Source: Bacillota bacterium
Lineage (GTDB): Bacteria; Bacillota; Desulfotomaculia; Desulfotomaculales; Nap2-2B
DNA: 64,000 nucleotides
Direction: 5' to 3'
Assembly: GCA_040755215.1 (NCBI GenBank)
Contig: JBFMBG010000003.1
Location: 19,126-83,125, forward strand
Both the position numbers and the translations under genes were made by a program. The notes below the pieces were generated by a model. That model did not search any database. It was not told where the DNA came from and was given only the letters and a program-made list of their open reading frames with translations. This document shows, piece by piece, positions 1 to 7,207 of the stretch (within the stretch, counting starts at the first letter, position 1; every line of letters starts with the position of its first letter).

Positions 1-1
1 G

Positions 2-877
2 GTCGAAGATATTTTTTCGGTAATCGAAAGACAGGCTGCCGACGGGGTCGACTTTATCACTGTTCACTGCGGAGTCACTCTCGAAGCGGTCGATAGGTTA
101 AAGCAGCAGGGGCGGGTTGCCGATATCGTCAGTCGCGGCGGTTCTTTCTTGACCGGCTGGATGCTGCACAACCAGCGGGAGAACCCTCTTTTTGAATATT
201 TTGACCGCCTGCTGGAAATCTGCCGTTGTTATGACGTCACTTTGAGTTTGGGCGACGGCCTTCGGCCCGGCTGCCTGGCCGACGCCACCGACCGGGCGCA
301 AATTCAGGAACTGATCGTCCTGGGAGAACTGGTGGAGCGGGCGCGGGAAGCGGGTGTCCAGGCCATGGTCGAGGGGCCCGGGCACGTCCCCCTCGACCAA
401 ATTGAAACAAACGTTAAAATCCAAAAGGCCCTTTGCCGGGAAGCGCCTTTTTACGTCCTTGGGCCGCTGGTCACCGATATTGCGCCTGGCTACGATCACA
501 TCACCGCCGCCATCGGCGGGGCGCTGGCGGCAATGGCGGGGGCGGATTTTCTGTGTTACGTCACCCCTTCCGAGCACTTGAGCCTGCCGACCGTGGAAGA
601 TGTCCGGGAAGGCGTCATCGCCTGCCGGTTGGCTGGGCACGCCGCCGACCTGGTTAAAGGGATTCCCGGCGCCCGGGAGTGGGACCTGGAAATGGCCAGA
701 GCGCGCAAAGCCCTGGACTGGCCCAAACAGGTTGCTCTGGCCATCGATCCCCGGAAAGCGGGGCGTTACCGCCAGGAGCGCAACCCCCTGGAAATAGAAG
801 CGTGTACCATGTGCGGCGAGTTTTGCGCAATGAAACTCGTAGGCCGGTTTCTGGGAAAAAAACCGGAGCGGTGCTAA
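2..877 (+). CDS. thiC: Phosphomethylpyrimidine synthase ThiC, C-terminal part (5' end outside window)
   Basis: Frame is open from the window edge ([24 protein letters not shown]...) and joins ORF 149..877. ThiC-typical stretches: [36 protein letters not shown]-terminal CTMCGEFC cysteine motif present. Confidence 0.93.
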   Translation, partial: VEDIFSVIERQAADGVDFITVHCGVTLEAVDRLKQQGRVADIVSRGGSFLTGWMLHNQRENPLFEYFDRLLEICRCYDVTLSLGDGLRPGCLADATDRAQIQELIVLGELVERAREAGVQAMVEGPGHVPLDQIETNVKIQKALCREAPFYVLGPLVTDIAPGYDHITAAIGGALAAMAGADFLCYVTPSEHLSLPTVEDVREGVIACRLAGHAADLVKGIPGAREWDLEMARARKALDWPKQVALAIDPRKAGRYRQERNPLEIEACTMCGEFCAMKLVGRFLGKKPERC

Positions 878-939
878 CGTATGTAACCGCATGGTAATTC
901 CTGGCATATATTATTAAAAAGGCCAGGGGAGGATTTATC

Positions 940-1239
940 ATGCCGGATCATGTCCATTACCACCGCTTTTCCGGGAAAACTTCCGTAGATGTAAGACACT
1001 CTCATTCTTATGCCGGGACCACCGGGCCGAATATCCGCAGAGGATGGAGCCACGTCCACGAACTGGCGACTGCGACAAGTTATGATTTCGGCCACAAACA
1101 CGAAATGAAGGCGGTAACGGGGCCGGCCATCCCGGTGAGGGGCGGCCACGTCCACCGGTACGACGGAAGAACCAGCGTCAGCGGGCGCCCGCCGCACGAT
1201 CATAACTTCTCCGGAACAACGTCGGGACCAGTTTATTAA
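940..1239 (+). CDS. YmaF-family histidine-rich small protein
   Basis: 99 aa. SD GGGGAGG lies 7 nt before the ATG. Five internal repeats H-x-H-x-[FYM]-x-[GA]-x-T-[SG]: HYHRFSGKTS, HSHSYAGTTG, HKHEMKAVTG, HVHRYDGRTS, HDHNFSGTTS. An intrinsic terminator follows directly. Confidence 0.6.
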   Translation: MPDHVHYHRFSGKTSVDVRHSHSYAGTTGPNIRRGWSHVHELATATSYDFGHKHEMKAVTGPAIPVRGGHVHRYDGRTSVSGRPPHDHNFSGTTSGPVY

Positions 1240-1251
1240 CCCCTGTCGGTG

Positions 1252-1287
1252 AATATCCGGTTCAGCAGCCGGATATTTTCTTTTTTT
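1252..1287 (+). terminator. Rho-independent terminator after the ymaF-like gene
   Basis: Stem aatatccgg / ccggatatt with loop ttcagcag, followed by ttcttttttt. It overlaps the nominal 1249 start of the next ORF, so that ORF must start further downstream. Confidence 0.8.
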
Positions 1288-1371
1288 AACGCCATAATAA
1301 AGTTACGGGAGGAAATAATTGGGCTGCCGTCGAAAAAGTTGATCAGCAAATCGATCAAATATGGAGTGAAA

Positions 1372-1926
1372 GTGGTGTACTGGGATAGCAAAGGTCCTCA
1401 GAATACGGAAGCAACTGTTAATCTGGCGTTAAAAAGAGCGGCAGAACGGGGAATAAAGTATATTGTGGTGGCGTCCAGCACCGGCCGGACGGCGGAACAG
1501 GTTCTGGAAAAAAACAAAATTTTTCAGCTCGTCTGTGTAACCCATCACGCCGGGTATAAAGAACCGGGAAAAATTGAGCTGCTTCCGGAAATCAAAAGAA
1601 AATTGGAAGACGCGGGGGTCAGGGTGTTGATCACCACCCATTTATTAGCCGGTGTGGACCGGGCCTGCCGGTTCCAGTTCGGGGGGATTTACCCGGCAGA
1701 AATAATTGCCAACGCCTTGCGTATTTTGGGCCAGGGCTTGAAGGTCTGCGTGGAAATATCCTGCATGGCCCTGGACGCCGGGCTGATTCCGTATGGAGAG
1801 GAAATAGTCGCCATCGGCGGCAGCGGGAGGGGTGCGGATACGGCGGTGGTGATCGTCCCGGCCCATGCCAATAAATTTTTTGAAACAAAAGTAAAGGAAA
1901 TTATCTGCAAGCCGCGGGAGTTTTAG
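1372..1926 (+). CDS. Pyruvate-kinase C-terminal (alpha/beta) domain-like protein of unknown function
   Basis: ORF 1249..1926 trimmed to GTG 1372 (or 1375), with GGAG at 1363-1366, because the upstream part is the terminator hairpin. Sequence VVYWDSKGPQNTEATVNLALKRAAERGIKYIVVASSTGRTA ... GGSGRGADTAVVIVPA ... EIICKPR resembles stand-alone PK_C-like proteins. Confidence 0.5.
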   Translation: MVYWDSKGPQNTEATVNLALKRAAERGIKYIVVASSTGRTAEQVLEKNKIFQLVCVTHHAGYKEPGKIELLPEIKRKLEDAGVRVLITTHLLAGVDRACRFQFGGIYPAEIIANALRILGQGLKVCVEISCMALDAGLIPYGEEIVAIGGSGRGADTAVVIVPAHANKFFETKVKEIICKPREF

Positions 1927-2030
1927 CCCAAGCAGGGCGCATTTTTTTGCAAATCTTTTGTTCAGGTAGCGCGCTTAGTTTCTGTTGTGAGGGCTGGAAT
2001 TTGTCCGGGCGAACGACATATGCGCGGCGT

Positions 2031-2105
2031 AAGTTAAATGTCAGGCACTTAACTTAAGGCAGAAAACTCTCTTCAAAGAAGTTGCCCATGAAAACATTTG
2101 TTCCC
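2031..2105. repeat. Palindrome plus ~47-nt conserved module (copy 1 of 2 in the window)
   Basis: Near-perfect palindrome aagttaaatgtcaggcacttaactt (2031-2055). It is followed by gcagaaaactctcttcaaagaagttgcccatgaaaacatttgttccc, whose reverse complement aligns with 42327-42373. Confidence 0.5.
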
Positions 2106-2194
2106 GCAAGTAATAATGAAAATGAGACCTAAGGCAGGCATATTTTCCTTTGTGCCTGTTGCCTTTGTGCCTCTATTTTCAGAGGAGTGCGAGG

Positions 2195-3229
2195 TTGGCT
2201 TTGGACCTTTCTTCCCTCGGTGAGTTTGGCTTAATCGAGCTGCTTAGCCGCAGTTTCGCGACTGACCGGCCGGGCGTGGTGAAGGGGATTGGCGATGACG
2301 CCGCCGTTCTTCAGGTAAGCGGGGAGAACTGGCTGTTATTTACTACCGATATGCTGGTGGAAGAGATTCACTTTTCTTTTTTGTACGCCGCGCCCGAGCA
2401 GGTGGGTTTTAAGGCCCTGGTGGCCAACATCAGCGACATTGCCGCCATGGGCGGGTGGCCGACGCACGCGCTCATTTCCCTGGGCGTCCCTCTGGCAGCG
2501 CCGGTAAAGGTTCTGGAGGGAATTTACGCCGGTTTTAAAAGGGCTGCCGACGAATACGGCGTAAGTATAGTTGGCGGAGATACGGTAAGATCACCCGCAA
2601 GACTGATTATTAACGTTGCCCTGCTCGGTGCCGTGGAAGCCGGGCGGGCGATTTACCGGAGCGGTGCGCGGCCGGGGGATTTGCTTTTCGTCACCGGCAC
2701 GCTTGGCAATTCAGCGGCCGGGCTGTACCTTTGCCGGCATCCGGGGGCGGCGGTTAGCCCGGAAACGGCCGGCTTTTTGCGTTCCGCCCATTTAGAGCCG
2801 CGGGCCCGCGTTAGCGCCGGCCGGGTCCTGGCCAAAACCGGGAAAGTAACGGCGTTGGACGATATCAGCGATGGCCTGGCCAGCGAACTGCACGAAATTT
2901 GCCTGGCCAGCGGCGTCGGGTGCCGGATCCGGGAAGCCGCCCTCCCCGTTGATCCCCGGGTAAGGGAAGCAGCCGGCATAGCCGGGTGTGACCCCCTGGA
3001 CTGGGCCCTTTACGGCGGGGAGGATTATGAGCTGGTTTTTGCCGTGCCTCCCGGGAGCGCCGGTTACATCAAAGAAGAAATGGCAGCCAACAGAGAAGGG
3101 TGTTATCTAATTGGTGAAGTTTTGCCCGGAGAAAAGGGGGTTCTCAGGGAACTTCCCGATAATCGGGTAATTCCGCTGGAACCCCGCGGGTATGATCACT
3201 TTCGAATAAAAAGGGAGCCAGGGGAATGA
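2195..3229 (+). CDS. thiL: Thiamine-monophosphate kinase
   Basis: ORF 2150..3229 trimmed to TTG 2195, with SD AGAGGAG 7 nt upstream. AIR-synthase-like fold motifs: GEFGLIELL, IGDDAAVL, TTDMLVEEIHF, GGDTV, DISDGLASEL, GGEDYELVF. Confidence 0.85.
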   Translation: MALDLSSLGEFGLIELLSRSFATDRPGVVKGIGDDAAVLQVSGENWLLFTTDMLVEEIHFSFLYAAPEQVGFKALVANISDIAAMGGWPTHALISLGVPLAAPVKVLEGIYAGFKRAADEYGVSIVGGDTVRSPARLIINVALLGAVEAGRAIYRSGARPGDLLFVTGTLGNSAAGLYLCRHPGAAVSPETAGFLRSAHLEPRARVSAGRVLAKTGKVTALDDISDGLASELHEICLASGVGCRIREAALPVDPRVREAAGIAGCDPLDWALYGGEDYELVFAVPPGSAGYIKEEMAANREGCYLIGEVLPGEKGVLRELPDNRVIPLEPRGYDHFRIKREPGE

Positions 3230-3256
3230 GCGCGGCAAGAGGGAAGGGGTAAGTAG

Positions 3257-3817
3257 ATGACTTCCCGGGATAAAAAATGGGAATTGGCAGATTATCGATT
3301 AAAGCAGGCGGAAGAAAGCTTAGAGGAGAAAAGAAGAAAAGTAGTTCTTAAAACAAGTTCAGCGGAGGAAACCTTTTTGCTGGGCGAGCGATTGGGCGCC
3401 CTGATGGAACCCGGCGACGTACTCTGCGTGAGCGGGGAACTGGGGGCGGGCAAAACTGTGCTGGCCAGGGGCCTTGCGCGCGGGCTGGGCATTACCGCCG
3501 CCGTGACCAGTCCGACCTTTACCCTCATTAACGAGTATGCGGGGTGCCTGCCCTTTTATCACCTGGATGTATACCGTTTGAGCAACCCGGCGGAGCTGGC
3601 CGATCTGGGCTGTGAAGAATATTTTTACGGTGCGGGCGTTACCCTGGTGGAGTGGGCCGAGCGGGTGGCGGAAATTCTCCCGCCGGAGAGGCTGGACGTC
3701 AGGATTGAAAATGTAGCGGGGGAAGCGAACGCCCGGGAGATCCGCCTGCTGCCGCGAGGGGAAAGATACCGCCGCCTGGTGGAGGAGTTGAACAAGCTTG
3801 TTTGTGCTCGGAATTGA
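3257..3817 (+). CDS. tsaE: tRNA t6A37 biosynthesis ATPase TsaE, with an unusual ~35-aa N-terminal extension
   Basis: P-loop GELGAGKTVLARGLARGLG, SPTFTLINEY, HLDVYRL, VTLVEWAE. No alternative in-frame ATG/GTG/TTG before the core, so the charged N-terminal extension appears to be real. Confidence 0.85.
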   Translation: MTSRDKKWELADYRLKQAEESLEEKRRKVVLKTSSAEETFLLGERLGALMEPGDVLCVSGELGAGKTVLARGLARGLGITAAVTSPTFTLINEYAGCLPFYHLDVYRLSNPAELADLGCEEYFYGAGVTLVEWAERVAEILPPERLDVRIENVAGEANAREIRLLPRGERYRRLVEELNKLVCARN

Positions 3818-4514
3818 AGCGGCGACCGCAGTGCTCGGGGTGGCGGTGACGAAAGAGGATATTCTTTTGGCCGAGCGCTTTTTAAACAACCGGCACTCCC
3901 ATTCCACGAACCTGCTGGCGATGATTAAAGGCGTGCTGGCCGACGCCCGGGTTACTCCCGCCCGGTTGTCCGGAATTGCTGTCTCCGTTGGCCCCGGCTC
4001 TTTCACTGGACTGCGCATCGGCCTGGCTACGGCCAAAACGCTGGCTCAGGTCTTGGCGCTGCCCCTTGTGGCGGTGGGTACGTTGGAGGCTCTGGCCTAC
4101 CCTCTGGCGGAGCAGCAAAGCCTTGTTTGCCCGGTGCTTAACGCCCGGAAAAACGAAGTTTATGCGGCCGTTTACACTTCCTTCGAGGGTGCTTTAAAGT
4201 GCGTCAGGGAACCTGCGGGGGGACCTCCGGAAGAACTGGCCGCAGCGTTAAAGGCGCTGAATAGAGCGTTAGTTTTCACCGGCGATGGTGCCCTGACTTA
4301 CCGGGAATTGTTTCGTAATTACTTAGGCGCGCAGGCTGTTTTTGCGCCGAAGGAGTTGTCCCTTCCCCGGGCCGCGCCGGTAGCCGGGTTGGGCCGGCAA
4401 AAATTACTGGCCGAAGAGTTCAGCGACCCTCTTTTGCTAACGCCCCTATACCTGCGCAAAGCAGAGGCGGAAATTAAATGGCTGCAGAGACAAAGGACCA
4501 CAGTGGAAAGTTAG
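3798..4514 (+). CDS. tsaB: tRNA t6A37 biosynthesis protein TsaB
   Basis: VLGIEAATAVLGVAV ... VSVGPGSFTGLRIGLATAKTLAQVL, typical of TsaB/YeaZ. Overlaps the tsaE stop and the rimI start (operon coupling). Confidence 0.85.
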   Translation: MFVLGIEAATAVLGVAVTKEDILLAERFLNNRHSHSTNLLAMIKGVLADARVTPARLSGIAVSVGPGSFTGLRIGLATAKTLAQVLALPLVAVGTLEALAYPLAEQQSLVCPVLNARKNEVYAAVYTSFEGALKCVREPAGGPPEELAAALKALNRALVFTGDGALTYRELFRNYLGAQAVFAPKELSLPRAAPVAGLGRQKLLAEEFSDPLLLTPLYLRKAEAEIKWLQRQRTTVES

Positions 4515-4960
4515 AAGTGTACCTTACGCCCATGCGCGAGGATCACGTCGAGGAAGTATGCCGGATTGAAAAGCTCTCTTTTCCAACTCCCTGGCCCCGG
4601 ATATCCTTTATTCACGAGCTTCAGAATGAACTCGCTTTTTACCTTGTCGCCCTGCTAAAAAATAAAGAAGTGGTGGGCTACGCGGGAATGTGGTTGGTCC
4701 TGAACGAAGCGCACGTTACCAACCTGGCCGTCCACCCCGGTTACCGCGGGTTGGGCATCGGGCGAGCGCTTATGAACGAGTTGATCTTCCGGGCCGCTTT
4801 TCTGGGGGCGGTCCGCATGACCCTGGAAGTGCGCGCATCCAACAAAGCCGCCATCGGGCTTTATAAAAGCCTTGGCTTTGTGCAGGAGGGCCGGCGCAAA
4901 GGTTATTATGAGGACACCAAAGAGGACGCGCTGATTATGTGGAAAGAGCTTGTATTTTAG
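4478..4960 (+). CDS. rimI: Ribosomal-protein-alanine N-acetyltransferase
   Basis: GNAT motifs: VTNLAVHPGYRGLGIGRALM, LEVRASNKAAIGLYKSLGF, RRKGYYED. Classic tsaE-tsaB-rimI order. Confidence 0.85.
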   Translation: MAAETKDHSGKLEVYLTPMREDHVEEVCRIEKLSFPTPWPRISFIHELQNELAFYLVALLKNKEVVGYAGMWLVLNEAHVTNLAVHPGYRGLGIGRALMNELIFRAAFLGAVRMTLEVRASNKAAIGLYKSLGFVQEGRRKGYYEDTKEDALIMWKELVF

Positions 4961-4972
4961 TTTTTGAACGCT

Positions 4973-5686
4973 TCACCGCTGGCTGATTTCCCTGATTATT
5001 TCAGCGGCTGCCCGGCGGGGGTCCGGCGCCTTGATGATCGGCCGGCCCACCACCAGGTAATCTGCTCCGGCCGCAATTGCTTCTTTTGGCGTCACCGTTC
5101 TTTTTTGGAGATCCGGTTCGTTTTTATTTGTACGCTCGGCCGGCCGGATGCCCGGGGTGACAATGAGCAGGCGAGCGCCCAATTTCGATCTCAGCACGCC
5201 GGCCTCCTGACCGGAAGCGACCACTCCGTCGCAACCGTATTCAATGGCTTTTTTTGCTCTAAATAAGACCAGTTCCTGTACGGAACACGGAAACCCTAAA
5301 TCGTTGAGGTCGGCGGCGTCCAGGCTGGTCAAAACGGTTACGGCCAATAGCTTAAGGGTGGAATTACCCCGTCCTTTGACGGCATTTTTAATGATTTGGG
5401 CGTTCCCGTGGATGGTTAGAAAAGAAACTCCCATTTTTGCTGCCTGTTCAACGGCTTTTTCGACAGTCTCGGGAATATCGAAAAATTTCAGGTCTAGAAA
5501 AACCTTCTTGTTTTTACTCAGCAGCCACTGGACGAGCTCCGGGCCGCCAATGGTGTATAAAACAAGGCCGATTTTGAAGAAATTGACCAGGCCGTCGAGA
5601 ATTTTGACCATCTTTTTAGCTTCTTGCGGGTCGGGTAAGTCCAGCGCCAGGATTAATTTATCTTCTGGTTTGAGCAGAGGTTTCAT
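4973..5686 (-). CDS. pyrF: Orotidine 5'-phosphate decarboxylase
   Basis: ORF trimmed to ATG 5686 (MKPLL..., SD AGGGAG). Motifs: LILALDL, FFKIGL, VFLDLKFFDIPETV, LTIHG, LVTPGIRP, DYLVVGRPI. Confidence 0.9.
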   Translation of the reverse strand: MKPLLKPEDKLILALDLPDPQEAKKMVKILDGLVNFFKIGLVLYTIGGPELVQWLLSKNKKVFLDLKFFDIPETVEKAVEQAAKMGVSFLTIHGNAQIIKNAVKGRGNSTLKLLAVTVLTSLDAADLNDLGFPCSVQELVLFRAKKAIEYGCDGVVASGQEAGVLRSKLGARLLIVTPGIRPAERTNKNEPDLQKRTVTPKEAIAAGADYLVVGRPIIKAPDPRRAAAEIIREISQR

Positions 5687-5781
5687 AAGAACTCCCTTTG
5701 ATTTTGTAATTGCCAATATTATATTGCGTTAAAATAAGTGATGGCAATGTGTTTTTTAAAAAATGTGGAGGGTTGCGAAGC

Positions 5782-6384
5782 GTGGACCGGGAAACGGAAA
5801 AGACGCGCCGGCGATACAACCGCACGGCTTTGTTTTATGACTGGATGGATTTTCTGTTCGGAGAAAAACTGCGCCGGCGGATTATCAGCCGGGCCCGGGG
5901 TAAAGTACTCGAGGTGGGGGTGGGGACGGGGATTAATCTGCCCTTTTACCCGCAGGATTGCCGGGTAACGGGAATCGATTTGAGCCCGGGGATGCTTTCC
6001 CGGGCCCGCAGACGGGTGCAAAGGCTGCGGCTGGACGTCCGGTTGCTGGAAATGGACGTCCAGGAAATGGCTTTTCCGGATGGCGACTTTGATACGGTAG
6101 TGGCCACGTGTGTTTTTTGTTCTGTCCCTGATCCGGTGAAAGGGTTGCGGGAAGTAAGGCGGGTGTGTAAAACCAGTGGGCAGGTGATCCTTCTTGAACA
6201 CGTGCGCAGTGAAAATTCTCTGCTTGGGCCGCTGATGGATGTGTTTGATCCTCTGTTTTTGACCGTCATCGGGTCGCATATTAACCGGCGCACCGTGGAA
6301 AACGTGCGCAAGGCCGGTTTAACCATCAGGGAGGTGCAGGACCTGGGGCTGGGAATATTGAAGTTGATTGTTGCGGAGCCTTGA
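5782..6384 (+). CDS. Class I SAM-dependent methyltransferase (Methyltransf_11-like)
   Basis: Trimmed to GTG 5782 (SD GGAGGG). SAM motif VLEVGVGTGINL, GIDLSPGML, FDTVVATCVFCSVPD, GQVILLEH. Confidence 0.7.
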   Translation: MDRETEKTRRRYNRTALFYDWMDFLFGEKLRRRIISRARGKVLEVGVGTGINLPFYPQDCRVTGIDLSPGMLSRARRRVQRLRLDVRLLEMDVQEMAFPDGDFDTVVATCVFCSVPDPVKGLREVRRVCKTSGQVILLEHVRSENSLLGPLMDVFDPLFLTVIGSHINRRTVENVRKAGLTIREVQDLGLGILKLIVAEP

Positions 6385-6573
6385 TGCGCAGAAGTGGACA
6401 CGGCAAGTAGCGAATACGGGAGATCTCAAAAAATGGACCAGTTTCAGCCCGGGTCCCCTGCCCGATTGCCGGTTTTGGAATCCAATGGGTAACCGAAAAA
6501 TTTATCTTGACATATTATAATATTATAAAGTAGCATAAAATTATGAATAGTCAGGATAAGGGGGTGAGCTTCA

Positions 6574-6786
6574 ATGCCGTCATGGTCGGAAAGTAAAAGC
6601 TTGTTTGCCTTTCAGAATTCGGAAATAACCGATCTTGAAGCGGAAACTATGGATTCAGTTGCCTTTTCGATTTATAAGCGGAATGAAATGCTCTTGCTGG
6701 ATGATCGGATTGTTGAGGAAAGAATTATTGAAAACTTTAAACTATTCAATCCAAAGTCTCCGTGCGGGCCTTCAATTTTTCAATAA
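6574..6786 (+). CDS. Hypothetical 70-aa protein (orphan, AT-rich island)
   Basis: Strong SD AAGGGGG before the ATG and an intrinsic terminator about 35 nt after the stop. No recognisable family. Confidence 0.35.
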   Translation: MPSWSESKSLFAFQNSEITDLEAETMDSVAFSIYKRNEMLLLDDRIVEERIIENFKLFNPKSPCGPSIFQ

Positions 6787-6822
6787 AGATTCCCATGAGA
6801 AGTGCTTTGGAGAGCGGGAGTG

Positions 6823-6864
6823 GCCGCGCCCGTGATGTTTTGTACCGGGGCGCGGCTCTTTTTA
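6823..6864 (+). terminator. Rho-independent terminator
   Basis: 9-bp GC stem gccgcgccc / gggcgcggc followed by tcttttt. Confidence 0.75.
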
Positions 6865-7008
6865 TGGGTTGCTTCCCGGGTAGCCTGCTGAACGTAAATC
6901 ATGAGCGAAAAAAAGGGGTCGCTTGGGTTATTGTCATCAGGAATTATATGTAAAGTTATTTGCAATAATAATATAAATATAGATAAATTAGCTTTTTGGT
7001 GGGGCTGC

Positions 7009-7037
7009 TTGACGCCTGGAAAAACACAAGATATAAT
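7009..7037 (+). promoter_or_regulatory. Near-consensus sigma-A promoter upstream of the mfd leader
   Basis: TTGACG (7009-7014), exactly 17 nt spacer, TATAAT (7032-7037). Confidence 0.6.
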
Positions 7038-7043
7038 GAAGAA

Positions 7044-7177
7044 AACATTATTACCAGGCTGGCAGAAGAATGTGCTGTATGAACCTGGTTGTTAAAAAAT
7101 TCACAAATCGGACCAATCACCTCCGGCAGCCGGGCTGCGACTATTTTAAGAGCTTTAGCCAGGCTAAGGCTCTTTTT
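7044..7177 (+). ncRNA. Candidate ~130-nt small RNA or terminator-type leader preceding mfd
   Basis: Bounded by the 7009-7037 promoter and an intrinsic terminator: agagctttagcc/ggctaaggctct stem plus TTTTT at 7149-7177. Internal hairpins accagg...cctggt (7053-7089) and ccgg-cag-ccgg (7122-7132). No family recognised. Confidence 0.3.
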
Positions 7178-7207
7178 GCGTAAGGTCCTCAAGAAAAGGT
7201 GCCAAAC

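Noticed and set aside
7037-7096. 19-codon ORF MKKTLLPGWQKNVLYEPGC in the mfd leader.
   Set aside because: Its ATG overlaps the -10 hexamer of the only good promoter, so it would not be on the transcript. There is no SD.
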